This document shows, one piece after another, positions 29,148-38,628 of a stretch of 64,000 nt of DNA. This stretch comes from an uncultured Alphaproteobacteria bacterium (GTDB lineage Bacteria > Pseudomonadota > Alphaproteobacteria > Puniceispirillales > Puniceispirillaceae), in assembly GCA_937996625.1 (NCBI GenBank), contig CALKVA010000008.1, positions 20,902 to 84,901 of the forward strand. Direction: 5' to 3'. The first letter of the stretch is position 1. Every line of letters starts with the position of its first letter. The position numbers and the translations under genes were made by a program. A model generated the notes under the pieces. The model was not told the origin of the DNA, did not search any database, and saw nothing but the letters and a program-made list of their open reading frames with translations.

Positions 29148-30191
29148 ATGAAAGCACTTGTATCTCACGGACCTAATCAACCCTTTTCTCTAGAAAATGT
29201 TGCTGACCCTATTCCAGGACCTGGAGAAGCAGTTGCAAAAATTCTTGCCTGTGGTGCAGGACTCACAGTTCAGCATGTTAAAGCTGGGCGTTCTCCTGTT
29301 CCGTTCCCTCGAATATTAGGGCACGAAATTTCAGCAGAAATTGTTGAAACAAACGGAGATTGCGGCAATATTAAAGTTGGTATGCCTGTAACCGCATATT
29401 TTTATCTGACCTGTGGCCACTGTAAATTTTGTTTAATTAATCGTCAAACGTTATGCAAAAATTTTGGTGGTTATATTGGTAGAGCCTGTGACGGCGGGTA
29501 TGCTGAATACATCAAATTACCTGCCAAAAATTTTGTTCCGATACCTGAGACTTTGGATATCTACAAAAATCCAGCTGAAATTGGAGTGATTTGTGATGCA
29601 ATTGCCACCCCTTACAAGGTGCTTAGAAAGGGAAGAGTTGCCCCTTTAGATAAAGTGGCGGTATTTGGTGCTGGTGGGGGTCTTGGCATTCAGATGCTAA
29701 AAATGGCACGATGGGCAAACTGTCATGTTACAGCCGTGGACATAGATACGAGTAAGTTCTCAGCATGCCTTGAGCATGGAGCAGATATTTGTGTTAATGC
29801 AGGCAGTAATGATGCACATGAAGCACTAATGGATGCATCTAGTGGCGGCTTCGATGTGGCAATAGATTTTGTTTCCTCAACAAAAAGCCTAGAAATGGCT
29901 GTTGCGAGTTTAGGGATTGGCGGGAGATTATTAACACTTGGCGGGGGGGGTGGTGCTAATGCAGATTTCAAACTCAATGCAATGACTCTTTTATCAAAAG
30001 AAATTGAAGTTATGGGCAGCCGTTATTGCACTTATCAAGAAGTACTTGAAAGTTTGCAACTGGTGGGAGAACAATCACATAAGGGTCTTATGCCACTAGT
30101 CACACGCACTTCCGGTTTTGAGGGACTAGAAGAAATTCATAACGATGTTGAGCATAGTCGTATAACCGGAAGAGCTGCGCTCGTACTTTAA
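29148..30191 (+). CDS. zinc-dependent alcohol dehydrogenase (MDR family)
   Basis: 347 aa. GHEISAEIV catalytic-zinc motif, CGHCKFCLINRQTLC structural-zinc cluster, GAGGGLG NAD fold. Confidence 0.85.
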   Translation: MKALVSHGPNQPFSLENVADPIPGPGEAVAKILACGAGLTVQHVKAGRSPVPFPRILGHEISAEIVETNGDCGNIKVGMPVTAYFYLTCGHCKFCLINRQTLCKNFGGYIGRACDGGYAEYIKLPAKNFVPIPETLDIYKNPAEIGVICDAIATPYKVLRKGRVAPLDKVAVFGAGGGLGIQMLKMARWANCHVTAVDIDTSKFSACLEHGADICVNAGSNDAHEALMDASSGGFDVAIDFVSSTKSLEMAVASLGIGGRLLTLGGGGGANADFKLNAMTLLSKEIEVMGSRYCTYQEVLESLQLVGEQSHKGLMPLVTRTSGFEGLEEIHNDVEHSRITGRAALVL

Positions 30192-30203
30192 TTTTGGGGA
30201 TAA

Positions 30204-31097
30204 TTGATGAAAAAATCTGCAGGCATTGTGGGGCTTGGTGTACTTGGCTCTGCAATAGCACAATATCTACTCGAGAAGGATTACGAAATATACGGGTATG
30301 ATATAGCCCCAAATGCACTTAATGAGCTAGAAAAATTTGAAAACTTTAAAACATGCAGCTCACCTGCTAATGTATTGTCACATCAACAAATAACTCTTTT
30401 ATGTTTGCCATCTGCTGCAAGCCTAGAAATAGTTGTGAAGGATTTATCCAAAAATTCATTACCGCATTCTAAACAACCCCTTTTAATAGAATTATCTACT
30501 CTACCAGTGGACTCAAAAATCGCTGCGTTAAAGATCGCACAAGATAATAATATTAGAATGGTAGATTCACCAGTATCAGGAAATCGGATTGTCGCTTTAA
30601 ATGGAAAATTATCCGCCTATTTGTCTGGTATTAGGCAAGATACTGAAATTGCCAAACCTTTATTAGATGCTTTTTGTCAGAAGGTTACTGAAGTTGGCGA
30701 TTTTGGGAATGGAAGCAAAATGAAGCTTATTGGCAACATTTTAAATCTTGTTCATAACAGTGTGACCGCTGAAGTTATGGTTCTTGGGATGAAAGTGGGG
30801 TTAGAGCCAGAATTAATTCATAAAGCAATTAGCGGCACATTTTCAAGCTCAGCAGTATTTGAAGGGCGCGGAAAATTAATGGTTGATAATAATTATGCCG
30901 TGGAAGGGATGAACTTTTCTACGCCTATAAAAGATAGTGATTTTATTACCAAATTAGCTAAAGATCATTTTGTGCCACTGCCTTTATACCAGGTCGCCTT
31001 ACAATATTATTTAGCTGCAATGGCGCAGGGATACGAGGACCTAGACGCAGCTGCGGTTTGCGCAGTAGTTGAGAAGAATACAAATTTGAACCGCTAG
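30204..31097 (+). CDS. NAD(P)-dependent oxidoreductase, HIBADH family
   Basis: 297 aa. GIVGLGVLGSAIA Rossmann, GNGSKMKLIGN signature. Confidence 0.8.
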   Translation: MMKKSAGIVGLGVLGSAIAQYLLEKDYEIYGYDIAPNALNELEKFENFKTCSSPANVLSHQQITLLCLPSAASLEIVVKDLSKNSLPHSKQPLLIELSTLPVDSKIAALKIAQDNNIRMVDSPVSGNRIVALNGKLSAYLSGIRQDTEIAKPLLDAFCQKVTEVGDFGNGSKMKLIGNILNLVHNSVTAEVMVLGMKVGLEPELIHKAISGTFSSSAVFEGRGKLMVDNNYAVEGMNFSTPIKDSDFITKLAKDHFVPLPLYQVALQYYLAAMAQGYEDLDAAAVCAVVEKNTNLNR

Positions 31098-31139
31098 TAG
31101 CATTTTAAAAAACTTTTTAATATTCTGGTTTATTTTAAT

Positions 31140-31922
31140 TTATATAATTTCAAAATTTTGGAAATTAGGATTTCGAAGAATATTCATAAAATCAAGTCGT
31201 CTGAGCACACCAAACACTGCTATTTGTACCAAACCAGTCTCCTTCAAAATTTCGGCTTCGATTATTTTTATGTCAATAGTTCTCAGCTTTGAATTTTCTG
31301 TTGCTTCAGCTGTGAGAGTTCGCTTAATACCCTGCAGAAGAGCGCTTTCACCAAAACATTCGCCTTTTTCAATAACAGCAATTTTATTACCACTCTCTTG
31401 AGACAATTTGATCGAACCACTTTCCACAAAATACATTTTTCTCGCAGTATCACCACAGCTAAATAATATTTGATTAGCCTCAATATTTAAACGTTTCAAT
31501 TCTTTGTCAAATTTGTAGAGAAATTCATCCTCAAAATAATAGGGTGCTTTAGAATTCCCTAAACCACATATTCTATTCATACTATATTTGATGATTGATT
31601 TTACAAGGGCACTGCTCCGATTAACCTCTTCTCTCATTTTTTTACCATCAAATTTTATCAATAATATATCAGTTTTCCTTTTGTAATTGAGAATATTTTC
31701 CCTAGCATAAATGCTTTCGGCAATTCTAATGGGGTCATCAACCCTCAAGAGATGCGTAAAATTATTTTCCCCATAAGATAACACGTCCCCTTCTTTCAAA
31801 ATAAAACAGGAGTTTCTAGTGTTTAAATCAAATTCTTCATTCAATTTTATTTGAATATACGAAAAATCTTCTCCCGATAGGCCATCTAAAATTGCGTTTA
31901 AATCTAGCATATTTCTACTCAA
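31140..31922 (-). CDS. stand-alone cyclic-nucleotide-binding (cNMP) domain protein
   Basis: C-terminal half KMYFVESGSIKL...GECFGESALLQGIKRTLTAEA matches the cNMP beta-barrel and phosphate-binding cassette. No HTH or enzymatic domain is visible. The ORF-track start is TTG. The ATG at 31910 is the more likely start. Confidence 0.65.
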   Translation of the reverse strand: MSRNMLDLNAILDGLSGEDFSYIQIKLNEEFDLNTRNSCFILKEGDVLSYGENNFTHLLRVDDPIRIAESIYARENILNYKRKTDILLIKFDGKKMREEVNRSSALVKSIIKYSMNRICGLGNSKAPYYFEDEFLYKFDKELKRLNIEANQILFSCGDTARKMYFVESGSIKLSQESGNKIAVIEKGECFGESALLQGIKRTLTAEATENSKLRTIDIKIIEAEILKETGLVQIAVFGVLRRLDFMNILRNPNFQNFEII

Positions 31923-31979
31923 GTAATATGTTGTTTTCTTATGCCTTTAAATATTCTTTACTGTTTTCTAAAACACTTA

Positions 31980-32858
31980 TCACTTCTGCAATAATTCTTT
32001 TAATTGTGGGTAGATAAGCATAAAATCTTCATGCTCATATGTTGGGTCAAGCATATCAAGTAGCCGCAAGCTATGGCTAAGAAAGGTTTGTTCCCCATTA
32101 GTTTGCAACAACTTTTCTAATAGCCCCAAATCTTTTTTAAGGTTGGAGGGTGTTGATTTACCATCAAATGTTCCTGATAAAATATGGTCTGGAAAACGCC
32201 TTTCTGAAATATAGCTTCGTGCGTTAGAGCAATTAAACACATCAATCATTTGACCTAAATCAAGGCCTTGCTTCTCGCCCTTGATACAAATTTCACTTAA
32301 CAGCAAAAAATTTCCGTGGCAAACAGCATTATGGAAAAGCTTCATTAACTGACCTTTACCTGCTCCCCCGATGTGAAAAATCTTATTTGAAAAAGAATTT
32401 AATATAGGCGTATTTTTTTCTAAAATATCAGCATCACCGCCAACCATCAATGTTAGCGTTCCAGCGGCTGCTCCCTTAGCTCCACCGGACATAGCTGCGT
32501 CTAACTGATTTACCCCAATTTCTTGCAGCAATTTTTCTGCTCGATTTTCTGTCACACGAGGGTCAGAACTTGTAAGGTCAACTATTGTTGCACCATGTTT
32601 TGGCGAGTCCAATGATAAAATGTTCCCTATCTGAATAGAGGATTGCACACACATTAAAACCAAATCACATTCTGTAACTATTTTGGTTGCTGAAGATTTT
32701 TTAATTAAAGGGTTTTTGGCTGTTAATTCTAATTTATAAGTATCAGTATCATAAACAAGTGATGATAAACCCGCCCTTGAAATACTTGCCGCGATGCCAC
32801 TACCCATTGCACCAAGACCAATTAGTCCAATATTAGGTTGAGTCATCATAAGCACCAC
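31980..32858 (-). CDS. NAD(P)-dependent oxidoreductase, HIBADH family
   Basis: 292 aa. IGLIGLGAMGSGIA Rossmann, GKGQLMKLFHN signature. Last enzyme gene of the long minus-strand ABC/CoA cluster. Confidence 0.8.
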   Translation of the reverse strand: MVLMMTQPNIGLIGLGAMGSGIAASISRAGLSSLVYDTDTYKLELTAKNPLIKKSSATKIVTECDLVLMCVQSSIQIGNILSLDSPKHGATIVDLTSSDPRVTENRAEKLLQEIGVNQLDAAMSGGAKGAAAGTLTLMVGGDADILEKNTPILNSFSNKIFHIGGAGKGQLMKLFHNAVCHGNFLLLSEICIKGEKQGLDLGQMIDVFNCSNARSYISERRFPDHILSGTFDGKSTPSNLKKDLGLLEKLLQTNGEQTFLSHSLRLLDMLDPTYEHEDFMLIYPQLKELLQK

Positions 32859-32914
32859 TAATTCAAGTTACCACTCTTTGTATAGAACTGTTACCGTTTT
32901 AACAATTTTATTAG

Positions 32915-33829
32915 CTATAGTTTCAATTTAGGATCAAGCCAATCACGAAGACTGTCACCAAATAGATTGAATGAAAACACTGCTATACTCACAGCAAGAC
33001 CAGGGTAAATAATCATCCAAGGCGCTGTTCTATAATAATCAGCATTCACCCCAGATAACATTAGCCCCCATGACGGTGTTGGTTCAACCACACCAAGTCC
33101 TAAATATGATAAACTTGCCTCAAGCAAGATTGCCTGACCGATAAATGCCGTCATCATAATTAGGAAAGGTGCGGTCACATTAGGTAATATATGCCTGAAA
33201 ATAATGCGTCTTGAACTAAATCCATTTGCCCTTGCCGCATCCACATAAGGAAGTGTTACCACTGCCAGAGCTTGCGAGCGAATAACACGCGCTGTTTTAG
33301 GAATAAATGGAATGGCTATCGCAATAATAACATTAATGTCTATCCCAGCAACAACCGTTTTTGGGAATATTGCTATAACGATAATCGCTAAGATAATTAT
33401 CGGGAATGAAAGCATGAGATCTATAAATCGCTGAACCAACAAATCTATTTTACCGCCAAAGAAAGCAGAGCTTGTTCCTATAATCGCCCCTATCGAGCAC
33501 CCAAATAATGCTGAGAGGAAGCCAATCGATAAAGCTGTTCTTGCGCCATGAATTAGCCGAGATAAGATATCGCGGCCAAATGCATCTGCACCCAGCAAAT
33601 GAGCGATTGAAGGCGCCCCGCCACCAAAAGCAGGGGATGCCTCGAAATCAACATCTTCTGGATTATAAGGAGATACCTGCTGAGCAAAAATAGCCGCAAG
33701 CATCATAATCACAATCATGATAATCCCAATGCTTCCTAGCGGTTGCTGGCGAACAAAATCCCAAACGCTCCGGCGTGCGGGTTTTGTATAAGCTTGGTCT
33801 GCAGTTGTGTTAGTGGTTGGAGTACTCAT
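32915..33829 (-). CDS. ABC transporter permease (DppC/OppC type)
   Basis: 304-aa polytopic protein. ATGA-type overlap with the upstream permease gene. Confidence 0.85.
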   Translation of the reverse strand: MSTPTTNTTADQAYTKPARRSVWDFVRQQPLGSIGIIMIVIMMLAAIFAQQVSPYNPEDVDFEASPAFGGGAPSIAHLLGADAFGRDILSRLIHGARTALSIGFLSALFGCSIGAIIGTSSAFFGGKIDLLVQRFIDLMLSFPIIILAIIVIAIFPKTVVAGIDINVIIAIAIPFIPKTARVIRSQALAVVTLPYVDAARANGFSSRRIIFRHILPNVTAPFLIMMTAFIGQAILLEASLSYLGLGVVEPTPSWGLMLSGVNADYYRTAPWMIIYPGLAVSIAVFSFNLFGDSLRDWLDPKLKL

Positions 33830-34782
33830 TTTTGATACCTTATTCTTGGATCTAGCGCGGCATATAGCAGGTCAACAATTAAGTTGATTAAAACGAAACC
33901 AGTAGCAACCGTTAATACCAGCCCTTGTAATAGGTTTAGATCATTTCTAACAACACTATCTACGAAAAGCTTACCTATACCGTTCAGGTTAAATACAGAC
34001 TCAGTAACTACAAGACCCCCTAGTAAGAACGCGAACTCCAACCCAATAACCGTGACAGTTGGTAGAAGCGCGTTTCGCATTCCATGCTTTACGATAACAA
34101 TCCGCTCAAACACACCTTTTGCTCTTGCTGTCCTGATATAATCTTCTGACAACACCTCTAATATTGAAGAGCGAAGCATTCTTGCCGTAACCGATGAGTA
34201 GCGATAACCAACTGATAATGCTGGCCATATAAGCTGATATAGGTTGGTTAGAGGGTCTTCTAATAATCCAACGGTACCTAGGGGCGGTAATTTTCCAACG
34301 GTTGCCAGCAACATCATAATGATTAGCATACCAAGCCAGAATGAGGGCACAGCTATCCCGCCAATCGTTAATAATCGTATGACATAGTCTAATATCGAAC
34401 CTCTGAATAACGCTGATAACGTACCCAACGGAAACGCTATTAACACCGCCAAAACGGTCGATAATACGGCTAATTCAAATGACAATCCAATTCGCGCCGC
34501 TATTTCAGAAGAAACATTATTTTCTGTCCAGAGCGAAATTCCCAAATCACCTTGAGGAAGTCCAATCATATATTTATAGAATTGAACCATAATAGGGTCA
34601 TTCAGGCCAAGACGCTCTTTCTCACGCATGATTTCTTCTTCAGAAACCATGCCACCCTCTGCTGTTAGTTTAATTTCGACAATATCGCCAGGAACAACCC
34701 GCAAAACGAAAAAAACAAGAACAGCAACCGCAATTAGAGTTGGTATCGTTAATAAAATTCTTCTTATTGCATAACTAAGCAT
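33826..34782 (-). CDS. ABC transporter permease (DppB/OppB type)
   Basis: 318 aa. N-terminal MLSYAIRRILLTIPTL typical of DppB-type permeases. Confidence 0.85.
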   Translation of the reverse strand: MLSYAIRRILLTIPTLIAVAVLVFFVLRVVPGDIVEIKLTAEGGMVSEEEIMREKERLGLNDPIMVQFYKYMIGLPQGDLGISLWTENNVSSEIAARIGLSFELAVLSTVLAVLIAFPLGTLSALFRGSILDYVIRLLTIGGIAVPSFWLGMLIIMMLLATVGKLPPLGTVGLLEDPLTNLYQLIWPALSVGYRYSSVTARMLRSSILEVLSEDYIRTARAKGVFERIVIVKHGMRNALLPTVTVIGLEFAFLLGGLVVTESVFNLNGIGKLFVDSVVRNDLNLLQGLVLTVATGFVLINLIVDLLYAALDPRIRYQK

Positions 34783-36817
34783 TTTCTAACTCATCTAATT
34801 TAATACAAGCTGCTTGATGTTCATTTCCACATTCTTGTAGCTGAGGCATTTCAGCTCTACAGGCGTCAGTGACAAAATTGCATCTTGAAGAAAAAACACA
34901 GCCCTTTGGCGGATTAAGAGGAGAGGGTAATTCGCCTTTTAAAACAATTTTCACTCTATTTCTCTCAATCTGTGGATCTGGTATTGGTGCGGCATCCATT
35001 AATGCTCTGGTGTAGGGATGTCTTGGGTTACTATATAAATCATCACCCTCGCCAAATTCCATAATTTTACCAAGATACATCACAATAACCTTATGCGAGA
35101 TATGCTTAACCACCGCAAGATCATGCGCAATAAACAAGTAAGCAATGCCAAGTTCACGTTGCAAATCTTCCAGCAAATTGATTATCTGTGCCTGCACAGA
35201 TACGTCCAAAGCTGACACTGGCTCGTCACAAATGATTAATTTAGGCTCCATTGATAAGGCTCTTGCAATACCAACCCTTTGACGTTGCCCGCCTGATAAC
35301 TCATGTGGGTAGCGCTCTCTCATGTAAGGGTACAAGCCAACCTTCAATAACAGGTCGGAAATCTTTTCCTCCCTTTCTTGAGGGTCAAGCACAATATTAT
35401 GCACCTTTAATGGCTCCTCCAAAATTTCTCCAATAGTCATCCTTGGGTTTAATGAGGAGAAGGGGTCTTGGAAAATCACCTGCATATCTTGTCTTACAAG
35501 CGCAACAGAATTTGAATTCAAATCAACATCATTGAATTGCATTTTTCCGCCAGTTGCCTTATTCAGATGCAATATAGCTCTTCCAACAGATGTTTTACCA
35601 CATCCAGATTCGCCTACTAATCCAACAGTTTGCCCAGGATAAACCTCAAATGATACGCCATCAACAGCCTTCACCGTGCCTGAAGTATTAGATAACCAAC
35701 CGCTTCTGAAGGACACAGAGAAATACTGCTCAAGCCCATCAACAACCAGCAATGGATTTTCTTTATTAATTTCAGCACTACTATGGGTGCTGGTTTCAGC
35801 TAGGTAAATGGTACTACCATCTTTGCTTGCTTTATCTGTAAAGAAACAAGCAGCCAAATGATCTTCCTTACCGTGCTGAGTTTCTAACACTGGCACATTG
35901 TCGCACGCATCCCCCGCTAGCGGACATCTTGGCTTAAAGCGACATCCTACCGGCGGTGACATTAAGTTTGGCGGCAATCCGTCAATAGTTGCAAGTCGAC
36001 CGCCCCTTGGTTTATCCATCCGAGGCACTGAGCGAAGAAGCCCAATTGTATATGGGTGAGACGGCTTTTCAAAAATCTGGTTTGCATCGCCTTGCTCTAC
36101 AATACGAGCAGCGTACATAACATTTACTCTATCAGCATAAGCAGCAACAACACCTAGATTATGTGTGATCATAATTACCGCTACGCCAAGACGGCTACTA
36201 ATATCCTTCAGTAATTCAAGAATTTGCGCTTGAATTGTAACATCTAACGCGGTTGTTGGTTCATCCGCTATAATCAAATCAGGCTCACAAGCAAGACCGA
36301 TAGCAATCATCACCCTCTGCCTCATACCACCAGAAAACTGGTGTGGGTACTGGGTTAATCTTTTCTCTGGTTCAGGTATTCCAACCATTCCAAGAAGTTC
36401 AATTGCACGTGCATTAGCTTCCTTCTCACTCATCTCTAAATGAGTTAAAAGCGGCTCTGTTAGCTGATCCCCGATTGTAAGAACCGGATTTAAACTGGTC
36501 ATTGGTTCCTGAAATATCATAGAGATACGGCGACCCCTAAGTTTTCTCATTTCACTTTCAGTCACTTTAGAGATATCAACGCCGTCAAATTTAATGTGGT
36601 CAGCGGATATGTCGGCAATACGAGGAAGCAATCTCATCAACGATAGTGCAGTCACTGACTTTCCGCAGCCAGATTCGCCCACTATTGCTAAAAACTCGCC
36701 TTTTCCTACTTGAAAACTGATATTATCAACAGCTCTCACGGTACCATTTTTTAATTTGAACTCCACGTTTAAGTTCTTAACATCAAGAAGTACGTTCTTA
36801 TCATCAATATTTGACAC
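34775..36817 (-). CDS. fused double ATP-binding protein of a peptide/opine-type ABC transporter (DppD-DppF fusion)
   Basis: 680 aa. Two Walker A (GESGCGKS twice), two signatures (FSGGMRQR, LSGGQRQR). Cys-rich oligo_HPY C-terminal tails after each half. Confidence 0.9.
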   Translation of the reverse strand: MSNIDDKNVLLDVKNLNVEFKLKNGTVRAVDNISFQVGKGEFLAIVGESGCGKSVTALSLMRLLPRIADISADHIKFDGVDISKVTESEMRKLRGRRISMIFQEPMTSLNPVLTIGDQLTEPLLTHLEMSEKEANARAIELLGMVGIPEPEKRLTQYPHQFSGGMRQRVMIAIGLACEPDLIIADEPTTALDVTIQAQILELLKDISSRLGVAVIMITHNLGVVAAYADRVNVMYAARIVEQGDANQIFEKPSHPYTIGLLRSVPRMDKPRGGRLATIDGLPPNLMSPPVGCRFKPRCPLAGDACDNVPVLETQHGKEDHLAACFFTDKASKDGSTIYLAETSTHSSAEINKENPLLVVDGLEQYFSVSFRSGWLSNTSGTVKAVDGVSFEVYPGQTVGLVGESGCGKTSVGRAILHLNKATGGKMQFNDVDLNSNSVALVRQDMQVIFQDPFSSLNPRMTIGEILEEPLKVHNIVLDPQEREEKISDLLLKVGLYPYMRERYPHELSGGQRQRVGIARALSMEPKLIICDEPVSALDVSVQAQIINLLEDLQRELGIAYLFIAHDLAVVKHISHKVIVMYLGKIMEFGEGDDLYSNPRHPYTRALMDAAPIPDPQIERNRVKIVLKGELPSPLNPPKGCVFSSRCNFVTDACRAEMPQLQECGNEHQAACIKLDELENA

Positions 36818-36848
36818 GGTAAAAACCTTCGCAAGTATGAAATAAATA

Positions 36849-36873
36849 GAGCGCGTCAGTAATTGACGCGCTC
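36849..36873 (-). terminator. intercistronic hairpin between the family-5 binding-protein gene and the ATPase gene
   Basis: GAGCGCGTCA-gtaat-TGACGCGCTC perfect 10-bp GC-rich stem in the 71-bp gap, followed on the minus strand by a U-rich stretch (UAUUUAUUU). Confidence 0.6.
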
Positions 36874-36888
36874 ACTTGTATTGTTATT

Positions 36889-38475
36889 TTAGTTTTCTAA
36901 ATAGACACCACGGTAGGTGTTATTCAGAATGTGTGAGAATGCAATGGTAAAGCCTTTAACGCTTTTATGCATTGGAACCACACGGTCTGTGTAAGTCACA
37001 GGAAGCACATAAGCATCTTCAAGTGCTTTTTTCTCAAAAGCATGAACAAGTGCTTTACGCTTTTCAAAGTCTGTTTCACCTTTTTGTGCGTCAAACAACT
37101 CATCTAGTTCTCTGTCAATGTAGTTACTGTAGTTAGAACCAGTTTTATCATCTGAGAGATACTTAAAGTGCATTAATGTTGGATCCGGCAAAAATGAAGG
37201 AGCCCAGTCTATCGTTGCATCAAATCCACCTTCTTTTCTGATTTGAACAAACTTAGATGTTGGGTTTGTTATCATATTTGGATTCATGCCACATTTCTTC
37301 CACTCTGACATCAACCAAATTGCAATATGGTCGTATGGGTGAGAAACAGCTCTGTTACTATATGTAAACTCAAGGCCTTCAAAACCTGCCTCTTTAAGAA
37401 GTCTCATACCCTCCGCTCTATTTGCTTCTGCATCAGGACCATAGCCTACAAGGTCAAACAATTCTTCGTCTGGGAGTGCAAATTTTGTATCATAAAGCAA
37501 GAATCCTGAAGGTCTTGGAGCAACAAATGTAATTTTTGCTAGCTTTGGAAGACCGCCATGCCTGTCGATACATAGGTTCATCGCTTGGCGAACGCGCTTA
37601 TCTTTAAATGCCTCAAACTCACTGTTAAGAGAAACAACCCATGCAGTCATTAGCTGTTTTTCCTGGAAAGTGATATCATCACCCATTTGCTCTGTTAGAG
37701 ACTTTCTTTCTGGTGGAGCAACTCCGCGCCACTCAGCCATGATTTGACCTCCAACCATCGGCTCTACGATGCCTTTAATACGATAACCAACAGTACCGTC
37801 AAGGCAGTTATCACCATGATGGAAATCATCATAACGAACCGCTTTATAAGCTTCGCCTTTTACGTGCTCATCAAGCATATAAGGACCAGTACCATTAACA
37901 TTTTTAACTGGGAATGCTGGGTCAGCTGCTAAGTCTTTTGCAGAATAAATAGCGTTAAACGGGGATGCAAATCCATCCATCATAAACGCGTCTGCTGAGC
38001 TGAGTTTGAAAATCACTGTGTGATCATCAGGTGTCTCAATTTCTGAAATACTTGCAAATAATGCTTTTCTTACAGATGTAACACCTTCTGGTGGATTTCT
38101 CATACGGTCATAGCTTGCCTTAACATCAGCTGATGTAAAAGGAGTTCCATCATGGAACTTAACACCTTTATGCAAGTTAAATGTATAAGACAGCCCATCG
38201 TCAGCCATTGACCAACTCTCAGCTAAATCCCCTTCTAACTTTGGAAAGTTTTTCCAGTCAAATGTTAGAAGAGTTGAATAGTGTTGTGCTACGAAGTGCA
38301 TAACTGCGTATGAATTTGTAGCGTGCATATCGTAACTTGGTGGCTCTGCCTTGACACCGTATTTGAGCGTGCCGCCTTGTACAGGACAAGACGCATGACT
38401 CCCTGCAAAAGCAGAAGTTGATACTGCACATACAGCCGCAACTGTAATAAGGGCAGACCTGATTGATAATCGCAT
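36889..38475 (-). CDS. ABC transporter substrate-binding protein, family 5 (peptide/nickel/opine type)
   Basis: 528 aa. Signal peptide MRLSIRSALITVAAVCAVSTSAFA. First gene of the transporter block. Confidence 0.85.
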   Translation of the reverse strand: MRLSIRSALITVAAVCAVSTSAFAGSHASCPVQGGTLKYGVKAEPPSYDMHATNSYAVMHFVAQHYSTLLTFDWKNFPKLEGDLAESWSMADDGLSYTFNLHKGVKFHDGTPFTSADVKASYDRMRNPPEGVTSVRKALFASISEIETPDDHTVIFKLSSADAFMMDGFASPFNAIYSAKDLAADPAFPVKNVNGTGPYMLDEHVKGEAYKAVRYDDFHHGDNCLDGTVGYRIKGIVEPMVGGQIMAEWRGVAPPERKSLTEQMGDDITFQEKQLMTAWVVSLNSEFEAFKDKRVRQAMNLCIDRHGGLPKLAKITFVAPRPSGFLLYDTKFALPDEELFDLVGYGPDAEANRAEGMRLLKEAGFEGLEFTYSNRAVSHPYDHIAIWLMSEWKKCGMNPNMITNPTSKFVQIRKEGGFDATIDWAPSFLPDPTLMHFKYLSDDKTGSNYSNYIDRELDELFDAQKGETDFEKRKALVHAFEKKALEDAYVLPVTYTDRVVPMHKSVKGFTIAFSHILNNTYRGVYLEN

Positions 38476-38628
38476 TATTTTCCTCCTGTTGAATTTTTTC
38501 GATATTCAATACGGTATAGAAACACGATAAAAATAGGAATTCAATCTATTAATGCCGTTATTTTCGATTATTCCACTAGTAATCCAGATTGTGAAATAGA
38601 ATCAAAATTTTTGTGAGTGTATGCTGCT

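Noticed and set aside
38476-38628. Additional operator copies: three CGATA(A/T) half-sites (TTCGATATTC, ACGATAAAAA, TTCGATTATT) upstream of the family-5 binding-protein gene
   Set aside because: None contains the full TATCGATA palindrome. Half-sites of this composition are common in A+T-rich DNA, including inside genes.
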